A stretch of 63,474 bases of DNA, filler included, from Octopus bimaculoides (taxonomy: Eukaryota), in the NCBI RefSeq assembly GCF_001194135.2. It is 6 parts of 6 records of this genome, joined end to end, with 100 filler letters (N's around TTAATTAATTAA, not from the genome) between each part and the next. Parts side by side here need not be neighbours in the genome. Positions count along the whole stretch, not along the records: positions 45,518 to 54,827 come from NC_068986.1; positions 54,928 to 60,252 come from NC_069002.1; positions 60,353 to 63,474 come from NC_069006.1; 3 more parts are not named here. One strand, written 5' to 3'. Positions 52,959 through 63,474 of the stretch are shown in pieces (the stretch's first letter is position 1; each line of letters begins with the position of its first letter). The notes under the pieces were generated by a model that was not told the origin of the DNA, made no database searches, and saw only the letters and a program-made list of their open reading frames with translations. The position numbers and the translations under genes are program-made.

Positions 52959-54054
52959 AATCAAAATAATTTAAATGATATAAACTTATTTTGCCTTGTA
53001 TTTGTTTTCCTCTTTTTTTAATTTATATAAAATATCTGCATATGTGTGTGTATAAATATATATATATTTATATATTTACACACATATACACGCACACATA
53101 TATATATGCACACATATATATTTACATTATCATATACATAAATGGATCTATATATATATTTATATCTACATGTTTATACATATATTAATACGCATATGCG
53201 TATGTACACGCATCCACACACATACACAGATACATACATAGAACTATGCACGCGCACATACCCACATACACACACATTCACACACACACACACACACACA
53301 ATGTACAACAGCAATGGAGAGCTGAAGGTGCTGGATGTCATGTACAACAGAATTCAATTAATGCTTACCATAATCTTGTATAAAATAATGATTAAAATGT
53401 TTCATTTTCTTTCCTGAACAACTGTGATTATTCCTGTTGTTGTTGTACTCGATCGTTGTACTTGTACTTTTTTCTTCTTATTATTTACCTTCTGTATTTT
53501 TGTATAATTTTGTTTAATAACTTATTTGTTTCTTTCCTGTTGTTTTTTAATCATTTGTCTCGTGGTTATAACTATATTTGAGAAAAAAACTGGCGACAGA
53601 GGGAGAAAACTAAAACAAGAGTGGGAATATGAGAAAAAAAAAAGGAGAGGAAAAAAGAAGGGGCAGGAGGGGAATACAGAGAAGAAGAAGTAGAAAAAAG
53701 AAGAAAATGAAAAGAAAGGGACGAAGAGGAGTAGGAGGTGGAAGAAGAAACGTAGGAGTCTAGAACGCACGAGAGGAAATGTTGATGATTAAATCAGTCG
53801 GTAAATAGATAGAAATAGATAAGAGAAGATTATCTGCGATGATCGAAGTTGCACATCAAAGATTCTTCCATTCTGTCAGCGTCAAAGATTCCTTAGAAAC
53901 AAATGGTTTATGATTTCTCTTAAGATTTTCAAATTTTCGCTTCCAATTCTACGAAAGGTTAAACTTGTCTTTCAAGCGAAAATGGACGACATAATCTAAG
54001 AATCAGTGGAGTAATGGGGACGACCCTATTGAAAACTCTTTCAAAACTGCTGAT

Positions 54055-54492
54055 CTCTGTTACAAGGTCTGAAATTTGTGGGGAGGGGCAAGTCGATTAC
54101 ATCGAACTCTAGAGCTCAACAAGTATATATTTCATCGAGTCCAACATGACGAAGTGCAATGTTGACTTCGGTGGACTTTGAACTTTAAAGACGGACGAAG
54201 TGCCGCTAAGCATTTTGTCCAGCATACAAATGCTTCTGTCCGTTCGACACCTTAAAAATTTAAAATTTTGTCAATGGCTGGCAGTTTTAGAGGGGAGGGG
54301 AAATGGATTTATCGGCTGCAGTACTTGATAGACAGTGGGGTCGATGTAAGCGCCTTTTTCCTCCTTTCGTTCTCTCGACCAGGACAAGATGAATGGCAAA
54401 GTCTACCTCGGCAGAATTTGAACTCACAACGTAAAGACGGACGAAATGCCACTAAGCATTTTGTCTAGCGAGCAAAGGCTTCTGCCACCTCG
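54055..54492 (-). mobile_element. Two tandem family A SINE copies (~54055-54245 and ~54285-54492)
   Basis: Each contains the reverse complement of GAGTTCAAA...CCGAGGT..ACTTTGCC and of the head CTGGCAGAA. Confidence 0.8.
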
Positions 54493-54500
54493 TCCTTTTG

Positions 54501-54571
<71 letters not shown>

Positions 54572-54575
<4 letters not shown>

Positions 54576-54827
54576 TATTCACTGACATGACAGAGCTGGG
54601 ACCTATATACACTGGAAGCTATGCCAACACTATGGAATAACAACAGAAAAAAGATGGTATAAACACACGCCAGAAAAGGTCACAGAAAACGAGAAAGCAA
54701 CCATACTCTGGGATATGCCAATACACACAGATAGAGAAATTAAGGCAAATAGACCAGATATAGTTGTCAAAGATCATGAAGAAAAAAATGCTTTCTAATT
54801 GATGTATCAATACCAGCAGATGACAAC
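54572..54827 (+). mobile_element. R4/Dong-type RLE LINE fragment (subfamily 3) immediately after (AAT)n, cut by a gap
   Basis: YIH*HDRAGTYIHWKLCQHYGITTEKRWYKHTPEKVTENEKATILWDMPIHTDREIKANRPDIVVKDHEE; near-identical to 28431-28620. Confidence 0.9.
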
Positions 54828-54988
54828 NNNNNNNNNNNNNNNNNNNNNNNNNNNNNNNNNNNNNNNNNNNNTTAATTAATTAANNNNNNNNNNNNNNNNN
54901 NNNNNNNNNNNNNNNNNNNNNNNNNNNTATATATATATGCATATAAAATAAAATACTATACTATATGTACATATATATTCATATTATA

Positions 54989-55023
<35 letters not shown>

Positions 55024-55105
55024 GTATATATATATGTACATATTGCATATATGTACGCACACACATACATGCACAGATATACATGCAATATATATGTCTC
55101 TATAT

Positions 55106-55440
55106 GGGAAGGCGCATGGCTTGGTGGTTAGAGCGTCGATCTTTCGTCCGTGAGGCTGTGAGTTCGAATCCTGGACCGGGCTGCGTGTTGTGTTCTTGAG
55201 CAAGACACTTCATTTCACGTTGCTCCAGTTCACTCAGCTGTAGAAATGAGTTGCGATGTCACTGGTGCCAAGCTGTATCTGCCCCTTTGCCGTTTCCTTG
55301 GATAACATCGGGGGCGTGGAGACGGGAGGCTGGTATGCATGAGCAATTGCTGGTCTTCCATAAACAAACTTACCTAACTTGTGCCTTGGAAGGTAACTTT
55401 CTAAGTTCAATCTCATGCTCATTCGTGACCGAAGGGGGTT
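55106..55440 (+). mobile_element. tRNA-derived SINE (family C), near full length
   Basis: A box TGGCTTGGTGG and B box GAGTTCGAATCC, then TTCTTGAGCAAGACACTT...TTGCTCCAGTTCACTCAGCTGTAGAAATG. Confidence 0.88.
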
Positions 55441-55987
55441 TCCGCTCCGCAATATGTATATTTGTATGTATATATACATACATACGCGCATCCACACCAA
55501 ACATATACCCAAAGGTCCTACCGAAAGTATGGAAAATTGGTATAACTATTTTATCTACAGACTCCAGTCGTTCAAATTGTACATATTTTATATTTTCACC
55601 ATGAAAATTAAAATGAAAGTGCGTAACTAAGCCTAACTAGCATTTGAACCCGTTTCCTCCGCCCATATCCACACTGTTCTCCTGCATTCGCCGAGGAAAA
55701 GGAAAAATGAGAAATTTCTTAAATTAAAATACTTTTATATATTCACTGGTAAGTAAAGTTTTTCTAGCAATATATCTTCTTCTTCTTGCAAATAATGGGC
55801 TTTTAGCAGAAGCAATGTGTCGTCATTTTTTTTTATTACCAAGCAATCATTACTTGGAGGATAGATAATGTAACTTTCGATCCTTTACAGTGTTATAAGA
55901 ATGGCCTAAGCGATGATCTGCTTGAAATGTTGCAGTTTGAAATGTGTTGGGAAAACAAGAACAGTTCTATATTTAAGAGATGAGGAA

Positions 55988-56093
55988 TTATGTACATTAT
56001 TTACATTCGACGGATATTTGTCCTCATCTTGTTTGTTGTTAACAACAAACAAGATGAGGACAAATATCCGTCGAATGTAAATAATGTACATAA
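55988..56093. repeat. Perfect 106-bp palindrome (53-bp arms, no spacer, centred on GTTAAC)
   Basis: TTATGTACATTATTTACATTCGACGGATATTTGTCCTCATCTTGTTTGTTGTT|AACAACAAACAAGATGAGGACAAATATCCGTCGAATGTAAATAATGTACATAA. Confidence 0.97.
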
Positions 56094-56451
56094 AACAACA
56101 ACAGGTTGAAATCTTGTGAGTGTTTTGATTTTCGGAAATAAGGATAAGTTTCGAAAAGAATTTTTTGATGGCCCAAACTTATTAAGGATTTCATAAAAAT
56201 GCTTAAGGTATGTGTAAGTGGGAGTGATGCTTATTTTTCAAGTGCAGAAATACAGAAATTGTTGTATGTATTATAACGTCAAAAGAATCCCAGCGATGGT
56301 GTACCGAATGCTGGGTGGAGGACCTTTTGATGAAGTTTGAAAAGTTTTGAATACAGCAGCCTCGTCACCCCGTACGTGCGCCCTGGGTGTATTTGTAACA
56401 ACCTGTAGATGCCCAGCAACTGTCCAGAGCTCTAGTATTAGTCTTCTGTTT

Positions 56452-56956
56452 TACGTGTCTTAGTCATTAAAATGTGGCCATGCTGGGGCACCAGCTTGAA
56501 TGGTTTAGTCGAACAAATCGACTCAAATACTAATCTTTTTGTTTTTTTTCCTGAACTGGGCACTTATCCTGTCGGTTTCTCTTTGTCGAACCGCTAAGTC
56601 ATGGGGACGTAAACAAACCAACATCGTCTGTCAAACGGTGGGTGGGGGTCAAACACAAAGACGCACGCGTACGCGCACATATACATGTATATGCGTATGT
56701 ATATCTATATGTGTGTGTGTGTATATATATATGTTATATACATGACAAGGTTCTTTCAGTTTCCGTCTATCAAATTCACTCGTAAGGAATTGGTCGACCC
56801 GGTGTCAGAGTAGATGATACTTGCTCAAGACGCCACCTAGTGGGACTGAACCTGGAACTATGTGGTTGAGAAACAAACATCTTACCACATAGCCACGCTG
56901 CGCCAATAACCACGCTGCGCCAATAGCCACGCTGCGCCAATAGCCACGCTGCGCCC
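56452..56956 (-). mobile_element. tRNA-derived SINE (family B), full length, with a 4x tandem 17-bp 5' head (56889-56956)
   Basis: Family B body. Unit ATAGCCACGCTGCGCCA occurs four times at the head. Confidence 0.9.
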
Positions 56957-57864
56957 ATTTTGTTTTAAAGAGAAAACGTATGTTAAAAATGCCTGGTCAT
57001 CGTAATAACTTATCAGAAACGAATAGGACGGACATGGCGTTATAAAACGTGTTTCCTTGATACGTGAGAGGACAATGTGTTTGGCAATGTTGAACAATAC
57101 TAGAATTGCGCTTCATGTATAAATGGGGGTGGAAAAGACCATTTTATTGATTATAACCTTAAAGAAACAAGGTTTCTGAGGTCAGACAAGGTAATTGATT
57201 GGTTTTATTGCTGAAAAAGAATAGCATCGAAATTAATCTTAATATATTAGTAAACAAGGTTAATCTCGGTAAATAACTAATCAGCTGAAATATGGATTTC
57301 ATAAATACTGCAAAAAAAAAAAAAGCCCTCAAAAAGCAAAACAAAACATTATTCTAATATGAAAGACTTTCTTGTACGAGGGAGTCACAATCTTACAAGC
57401 TTTTGGTATCAACCGCAGAAAGAAAAAAAAAACAATAACAAAACAAAAAGATAAGTGAAGAAACTTATATGAAAAGATGGAATTGGGGAAATAATCAATA
57501 TTCATATCACATTAAAATTTAAATATATTGAATATTTTGTGCATTATATGCATTTATTGAGATTTTTTTTTTAAAGTTTATATATGCTCTAAACACATAG
57601 GTGCAATTTAATTATTATTTATCGTTAAATTTNNNNNNNNNNNNNNNNNNNNNNNNNNNNNNNNNNNNNNNNNNNNNNNNNNNNNNNNNNNNNNNNNNNN
57701 NNNNNNNNNNNNNNNNNNNNNNNNNNNNNNNNNNNNNNNNNNNNNNNNNNNNNNNNNNNNNNNNNNNNNNNNNNNNNNNNNNNNNNNNNNNNNNNNNNNN
57801 NNNNNNNNNNNNNNNNNNNNNNNNNNNNNNNNNNNNNNNNNNNNNNNNNNNNNNNNNNNNNNNN

Positions 57865-57902
<38 letters not shown>

Positions 57903-58112
57903 CTTGTACTCATTTCGGTTTCCTGACTGTAGCCACGATGCGGAAACCTTGTTTTTGAACAAGTGCACATTTCTTCACACTGAAATCAAGCGAATATTCC
58001 ATATTCCATGATGCATCGCTCCGGTCTTAGAATATACATGCTGCCAAAACATTGCGAGAATATAAGCATACATGCACGCATACATATATGTATACATGCA
58101 CACATACATACA

Positions 58113-58143
<31 letters not shown>

Positions 58144-58149
58144 TATATG

Positions 58150-58620
58150 CACACGTACGGCTTCCCCCGCGGCCTCAAAAACGGTTCCGGAATCTGGTGC
58201 ATGCGTTGCTCCCTGTATTCCTGAGAACATCTTCGAACACCTCCTTGATCTTGGCCGCCTTTTTGGCCTTGGTGCTGCAGGTAGAGCGGTTGGTGTCTTT
58301 CTCAACTGTGTCCCCCACACAGAGTAATCCGTGGGGTTACAATCGTGGGAATTAGGAGGCCAGAAATTGGTGCTGGTGAAGTCGTAGAAATTCTTGGACT
58401 ACAACTCACTCATTCCGGAGATATGACCAGGAGCCGAGTCCTGCTCCCACACATGGCCCTCCAGTAGTAACCCTCTCCAGTCCGGGATTGGCCACAGTCT
58501 CCAAAAGCTTCACATAACTGTCTGAATTGAGCCTAAGGCCCTGTTCAAAAACGTGGGGCGGTATCTCCTCACCCTCGCCGGAGACACACCAAAAGACCCT
58601 CACAGATTGTCCACGTCACG
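58150..58620 (-). mobile_element. maT-like (DD37D-type) transposase catalytic-domain remnant
   Basis: VFWCVSGEGEEIPPHVFEQGLRLNSDSYVKLLETV...VWEQDSAPGH...FWPPNSHDCNPTDYSVWG...ACTRFRNRFEA, with frameshifts and a stop. Spacing is 36 residues in this copy. Confidence 0.88.
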
Positions 58621-58740
58621 CCTTACGGGCTTTACAGAGTTAACAGAGCATTGAACAGCAGTCGTGATGTTAGCATTTTGATACTCTGTACGAATCATCA
58701 CAGTACAAGAATCTCTTTGCCAATATTTAGATGGCTTCAG

Positions 58741-59703
58741 GCGGCGAGCTGGCAGAAACGTTAGCACGCCGGGCGAAGTGCTTAGCGGTATTTCGTCTGT
58801 CTTTGCGTTCTGTGTTCAAATTTCGCTGAGGTCGATTTTGCCTTTCATCCTTTCGGGGTCGATAATTTAAGTACCAGTTACGCACTGGGGTCGATCTAAT
58901 CGACTGGCCCCCTCCCCCAAAATTTCTGGCCTTGTGCCAAGAGTAGAAAAGAATATTCAGATGGCGTCAGGCGGCGAGTTGACAGAATTGTTAGCACGTC
59001 GGGCTATATGCTTAGCAGCATTTCACCGTCCCTACTTTCTGAGTTCAAATTCCGCCGAGGTTGACTTTGCCTTTCATCCTTTCGGAGTCGATAAATTAAA
59101 TACCAGTGAAATAATGGAGTTGATGTAATCGATTAGTTCTCTCTCCCCAAAATTTCAGGCTATTTGCCTATAGTAGAAAGGGTTATCATTATTATTAAGG
59201 TGACAAGCTGGCAGAATCGTTAGCATACCGGACAAAATGCTTAGCGGCATTTCGTCCGTCTTTACGTTCTGAGTTCAAATTTTGCCAAGGTTGACTTTGC
59301 CTTTCATCCTTACGGGCTCAATAAAATAAACACCAGTTGAGCATTGGGTTCAGTGTAACAGACTTAGCCCTCCCGCGAAATTTCTGGCCTTGTGCCAAAA
59401 TTTGGAACCAATATTCTGATCAAAGGCAAAATAGACCTCGGCAGAATTCGAACTCAGACCGTAAAGATGGACGAAATGCCGCTGAGCATTTTTTTCTACT
59501 CAAGGCACAAAGCCAGACATTTTGGGGGAGGGGGCCAGTTTACTAGATCGATCCCAGTACGCAACTGGTACTTAATTTATCGACCCCGAAAAGATGAAAG
59601 GCAAAGTCGGCCTCAGCGGAATTTGAACACAGAACGTAAAGACAGACGAAATACCACTAAGCCCTTCGCCCGGCGTGCTAATCATTCTGCCAGCTTGCCC
59701 CCT
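58741..59703. mobile_element. Cluster of five family A SINEs: three head-to-tail on + (58741-58957, 58971-59195, 59197-59415), then a partial (59422-59495) and a full copy (59502-59703) on -
   Basis: Repeated heads (GGCGAGCTGGCAGAA), B boxes (GAGTTCAAAT) and central CCTTTCATCCTTTCGGGGTCGATAA blocks. Confidence 0.92.
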
Positions 59704-60078
59704 TTATTCAAAACCACGTTAAGGCAGAATAAAATGAGTACAATCATTGTTACTAATTAACTGTAAGTGCCTGAGTAACAACGTATGCACCGGTATTGCA
59801 CCTGCCAGTCTGGCTACTGTAATAAAACACTCAACATTAAATCGTTTATTTATGGAAATATGTTATATGCAACGATATCTCGTGAGTAATGAATTTCAGC
59901 AGATCTTTGTATTAGGAGACTATACACGTCTGAGTGTAGATACGCATGCGTATATGTAGAACTGCAGGTCTCACTACATCTGTGTGTATGTGTGGGCATG
60001 TATGTGTAAATGTGTATGAACGACTATAAAACTACAGGTTTTACTATATCTGTATATACGTGTGTATAGACATATATA

Positions 60079-60126
<48 letters not shown>

Positions 60127-60391
60127 ACTATAGGTTATCATATGTTTGTGTATACCTATATATATATATAAGACGTGAATATACGTATGTGTATAATGTA
60201 ACACTGAAGACTTTACTAGATATGTGTATATGTGTATGTATATATATATATANNNNNNNNNNNNNNNNNNNNNNNNNNNNNNNNNNNNNNNNNNNNTTAA
60301 TTAATTAANNNNNNNNNNNNNNNNNNNNNNNNNNNNNNNNNNNNNNNNNNNNCACACGCACAAATTATATATATGTTTCTTTGTTCTGTTA

Positions 60392-60748
60392 TTCTTTTAC
60401 TTGTTTCACTGCAACCATGCTGGAGCAGCGCCTTTAGTCGAACAAATTCTTTGTAAGCCTAGTAGTTATTCTATCGGTTACTTTTGCCGAACCGCTAAGT
60501 TACGGGGACGTAAACACACCAACATCGGTTGTCAAGCGATGGTGGTGGTGGGGGGGAAGCAAACACAGACACGCAAACATACATCTACGACAGGCTTCTT
60601 TCAGTTTCCGTCTACCAAATCCACTCGGAAGGCTCTGGTCGGCCCGAGGCTATAGTAAAAGACACTTGCCCAACGTGCCACGCAGTGGGACTGAACCCAG
60701 AACCATGTGGTTCGTAAACAAGCTCCTTACCACACAGCCACTCCTGCG
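60392..60748 (-). mobile_element. tRNA-derived SINE (family B), full length
   Basis: Minus strand GGAGTGGCTGTGTGGTAAG...GGGTTCAGTCCCACTGCGTGGCACGTTGGGCAAGTGTC...GAAACAAGTAAAAGAA. Confidence 0.92.
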
Positions 60749-61079
60749 TCTATGTATGTATGTATGTATGTATGTATTTGTTAATATTTATTAGAATATA
60801 TAATTTATTTAAATTAATTCATTTATTTTGCCAGTACAGAAACCGGTCCACGTGAATCCTTATATTTAAATGTACGTTGAGAGATTTTATTAACCTAATC
60901 TGCTTTCGTTTGATTCCTGTAGTTATCATCAGTGTATTTCTGGCGTTTTATATAAGAGCTTTGACTGTTATTTCCAGCAGGCAGACATACTTAGTATGTC
61001 CTTTGATTAATTTTAATATTAGTATATATATATATATAAAATATATGTAAACACACACGTATCTATATATCATTAATAA

Positions 61080-61420
61080 CTACGCATGTGTTTATTTTCT
61101 CCTCCCACTGCTCTCTAAATAGCCCCAACTTCTTTCTAATACACTTAATTCTCCACAAAATCATTCCATCTTTAAACTTCATTCTGTCAACACCTCAAAT
61201 GTAAAATTCTTCCCTGAAGGCAGAGGCCGATAATATCCGATGATGGAATCAATTTACAATCATCATTTTGGAACATCAAGCCCCCAGAAACAGCTGTTGG
61301 ACTCTTAAAACTCTTATTCAACTCCTTTAATTCCTGATAACATTTCTATTGTGTGTATGTAAACATATATACATGTTTTGTATTAAATGTCTGTAATATT
61401 TCTTGTATCTCGACTTGCCT
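61080..61420 (+). repeat. Probable Penelope-like UTR or pseudo-LTR remnant
   Basis: Homologous to 42070-42300 (reverse). Contains CCGATGATGG...CAGAAACAGCTGTTGGAC. Confidence 0.45.
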
Positions 61421-61754
61421 AACTTGCTTATCCTTACATTTACTCCTCTTCCTGGTCAAGCTTAAACCTCTTGAGCACTACGAATCTATAAACTATAAAT
61501 ATACGTATGTATGAATGTATATCTATGCATGTGTGTACGTGAATATATACAGTTCAAATATACAGAAGACAAGTGACGGAGCGGCAAGCAGGTGTATTAG
61601 TTTGACGCACGGGAAGAATGGAAAAGTCTTTGACGTTTCGACTGAACGCTCTTCAACAGAAAGGATTAAGAGGAAAAAAACAAAAGCAGAGAAAAAACAT
61701 ATACGTGGGGATTAACGGTTGTTGTTGTGGTACTACTTTGAATAATTTTTGGTC

Positions 61755-61900
61755 GAATGAATCAATCAAACTACTTCCTGTTTTTAAGCCTGGTACTTAT
61801 TCTAACGATGTCTTTTGCCGGACTGCTATGTTATGGGGACATAAACACACCAATGCCAGTTGTCAAACGGTAGTGAGGGACAAACACAGACACACATACA
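61755..61900 (-). mobile_element. Family B SINE 3' fragment
   Basis: AAGCCTGGTACTTATTCT...CTTTTGCCGGACTGCTA...GGGGACATAAACACACC...GGGACAAACACAGACAC. Confidence 0.75.
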
Positions 61901-62904
61901 CACACAAACATATATATATAATAAAGTTTATATGCCAACAGAAAGTGGCAGTCCTATAACGGACAATGTTACTGTTGTTTTAGCCCCAGGACAGGAAAAC
62001 ATCTTTTCCAGCTGGCTATCGACACACAGTTTGAATCCGTCTAGCATTTGCAAAGGAGATCATCGCTCCCATTTCTAACCTTACGGGATACTCACAGACC
62101 TAGGCTTCTGGGTGGTTACCCGTCCTCAGTGTGAGACAACCACAGGCTAGTGACGAAAGCTCTTTCCACTCGCAAATACTATGTATTCTTTTAGTGACAC
62201 ACATTTACTGATCTCATAAATAGAAAAAAACAATTTATTTCAAATCCCTGCGCGAGAGGTATACAGTAACAGTACAGAATATTAAAGTTTATACGCCAAC
62301 AGAATGCGGCAGTTCTGTAAAGGACGATGTTGTTATATATAGAGAAGGAGGGGAAAAGAGAAGACTTCCAATGTCCGTCTCAATATATTCACGCTTATGA
62401 CCTTACAACAGGAAGATCAATTCATATTATTAACAGCTGATCAAGGGTCGATATGCTCGTCTCTTCGATTTACATCCTATTCATACAAGTCAAATTAACA
62501 ACACCAACAACAAAACAACATTAACGTATTCATAAAAAAAAAATGCACCGCCTGATTAGTAATTCAAATATAAAATTCCAAAAAAATATCAATAAATCTA
62601 CCTATTGTCTATATTATAATTGTCTGAACTGCCATATGTGAACTAATTATTGTCCAATATATAATATTATGTGCTGGGGAGTTTTATTGATGTGTTTTTT
62701 TATTTTTGAGCTTTTGATCAGCTTTTTTGTATGTGTGTTACCGCCCTGATGTTGTTAATTTTGCCTGAATGAAAGATACAGTGAAAATCCTGGACATAAA
62801 AAAAAGATCGAAATCTCATCAGATGCTAATGTGGCTGCGGCGGTTACGTGCTTGTGAGACTGAAACAGTTAAAAGAATGTATATATATATAGTATAATAA
62901 AGTT

Positions 62905-63065
62905 CTTCCCAGGGTCATATAGACTCATAAGAGCCAGTTTCCCGGAATACATGGCGTATATATTCCGCGCCTAGATGGGATGCCAATCTATCGCAGGATT
63001 ACTCAGTTTTGCCAGCTGAGTGGACTGGAACAACATGATATGAAGTGTTTTACTCAAGAACACAA
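62905..63065 (-). mobile_element. SINE-like fragment related to family C
   Basis: CAGCTGAGTGGACTGGAACAAC...AAGTGTTTTACTCAAGAACAC is the reverse complement of the family C central block. Confidence 0.6.
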
Positions 63066-63103
63066 CAATGAAACATATATATATATATATATATATATAC
63101 ATA

Positions 63104-63300
63104 CAGGGTTGTCCGGAAAGTTCGTGCTGATTTTATAGTGGCTTACCTTTCGACTTATTTGCCATGAAACCACCTCAGTTCTGGGAAGAGGGGATTTTCG
63201 AGTTAAAGGAAAGATGGAGACGCATTTGTGCAACAAAATAGTTCATATTTGGTTGATTAAAAATGTAATAGCAAGTATTTATTGACCTTTTTCTTTCCTT
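63104..63300 (+). mobile_element. Mariner deletion derivative (terminus plus extreme transposase C-terminus)
   Basis: TA|CAGGGTTGTCCGGAAAGTTC after (TA)n. FWEEG(fs)IFELKERWRRI(fs)VQQNSSYLVD* resembles the mariner GI..L..RW..VV..NG.Y end. Confidence 0.65.
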
Positions 63301-63309
63301 TAAAAATAT

Positions 63310-63474
63310 ACACATACAAGACGGGTTTCTTTCTGTTTCCGTCTCCTAAATCCACTAACATGGCTTTGGTCGGCCCGAGGCTATAGTAGAAGATGCTTGC
63401 TCCAGGTACCACGTAGTGGGACTGAACCCGGAACCACGGAGTTGAGAAGCAAGTTTCTTACCACACAGCCACGC
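63310..63474 (-). mobile_element. tRNA-derived SINE (family B), 5' half
   Basis: Reverse complement of GTGGCTGTGTGGTAAG...CCGGGTTCAGTCCCACTACGTGGTACC...TATAGCCTCGGGCCGACCAAAGCC. Confidence 0.88.

Larger units (their letters stand above)
301..63100. repeat. Dozens of dispersed (TA)n, (CA)n, (TACA)n, (TAGA)n, (GA)n and (AAT)n microsatellites, most assembly gaps abutting one
   Basis: Directly visible throughout the window. Confidence 0.98.

Noticed and set aside
55106-55180. tRNA-like heads here and at ~9700, ~36540, ~39780 and ~60720
   Set aside because: They continue into shared SINE bodies and lack proper cloverleaves, so they are not tRNA genes.

Overview
AT-rich eukaryotic genomic DNA, dense in microsatellites ((TA)n, (CA)n, (AAT)n, (AAG)n, (ATC)n, (TAGA)n) and N gaps. 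The repeat profile looks like a coleoid cephalopod (Octopus-like) draft assembly; this is an inference from recalled repeat families. There is no prokaryotic gene content, rRNA, bona fide tRNA gene or CRISPR array. Most recognisable sequence is transposon debris: at least three tRNA-derived SINE families, R4/Dong-type RLE LINE fragments embedded in (AAT)n tracts, Penelope-like remnants, two maT (DD37D) and one mariner remnant, and an L1/Tx1-like 3' end. Manual splice-site scanning gives candidate exons for up to three intron-rich host genes, none of which I can name: a + strand terminal ORF at 2539-2997, a - strand RRM-like pair at 15313-15365 and 3685-3840, and a + strand phase-consistent chain at 22842-22914, 40588-40636 and 51218-51365. 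Nearly all entries in the supplied ORF track are artefacts of microsatellites or N runs. I found no convincing novel biological system. The most interesting observations are a stack of four R4/Dong fragments in one (AAT)n locus, a possible stop-introducing NAGNAG acceptor, a perfect 106-bp palindrome, and inverted-repeat structures that could form dsRNA. All alignments and counts were done by eye.
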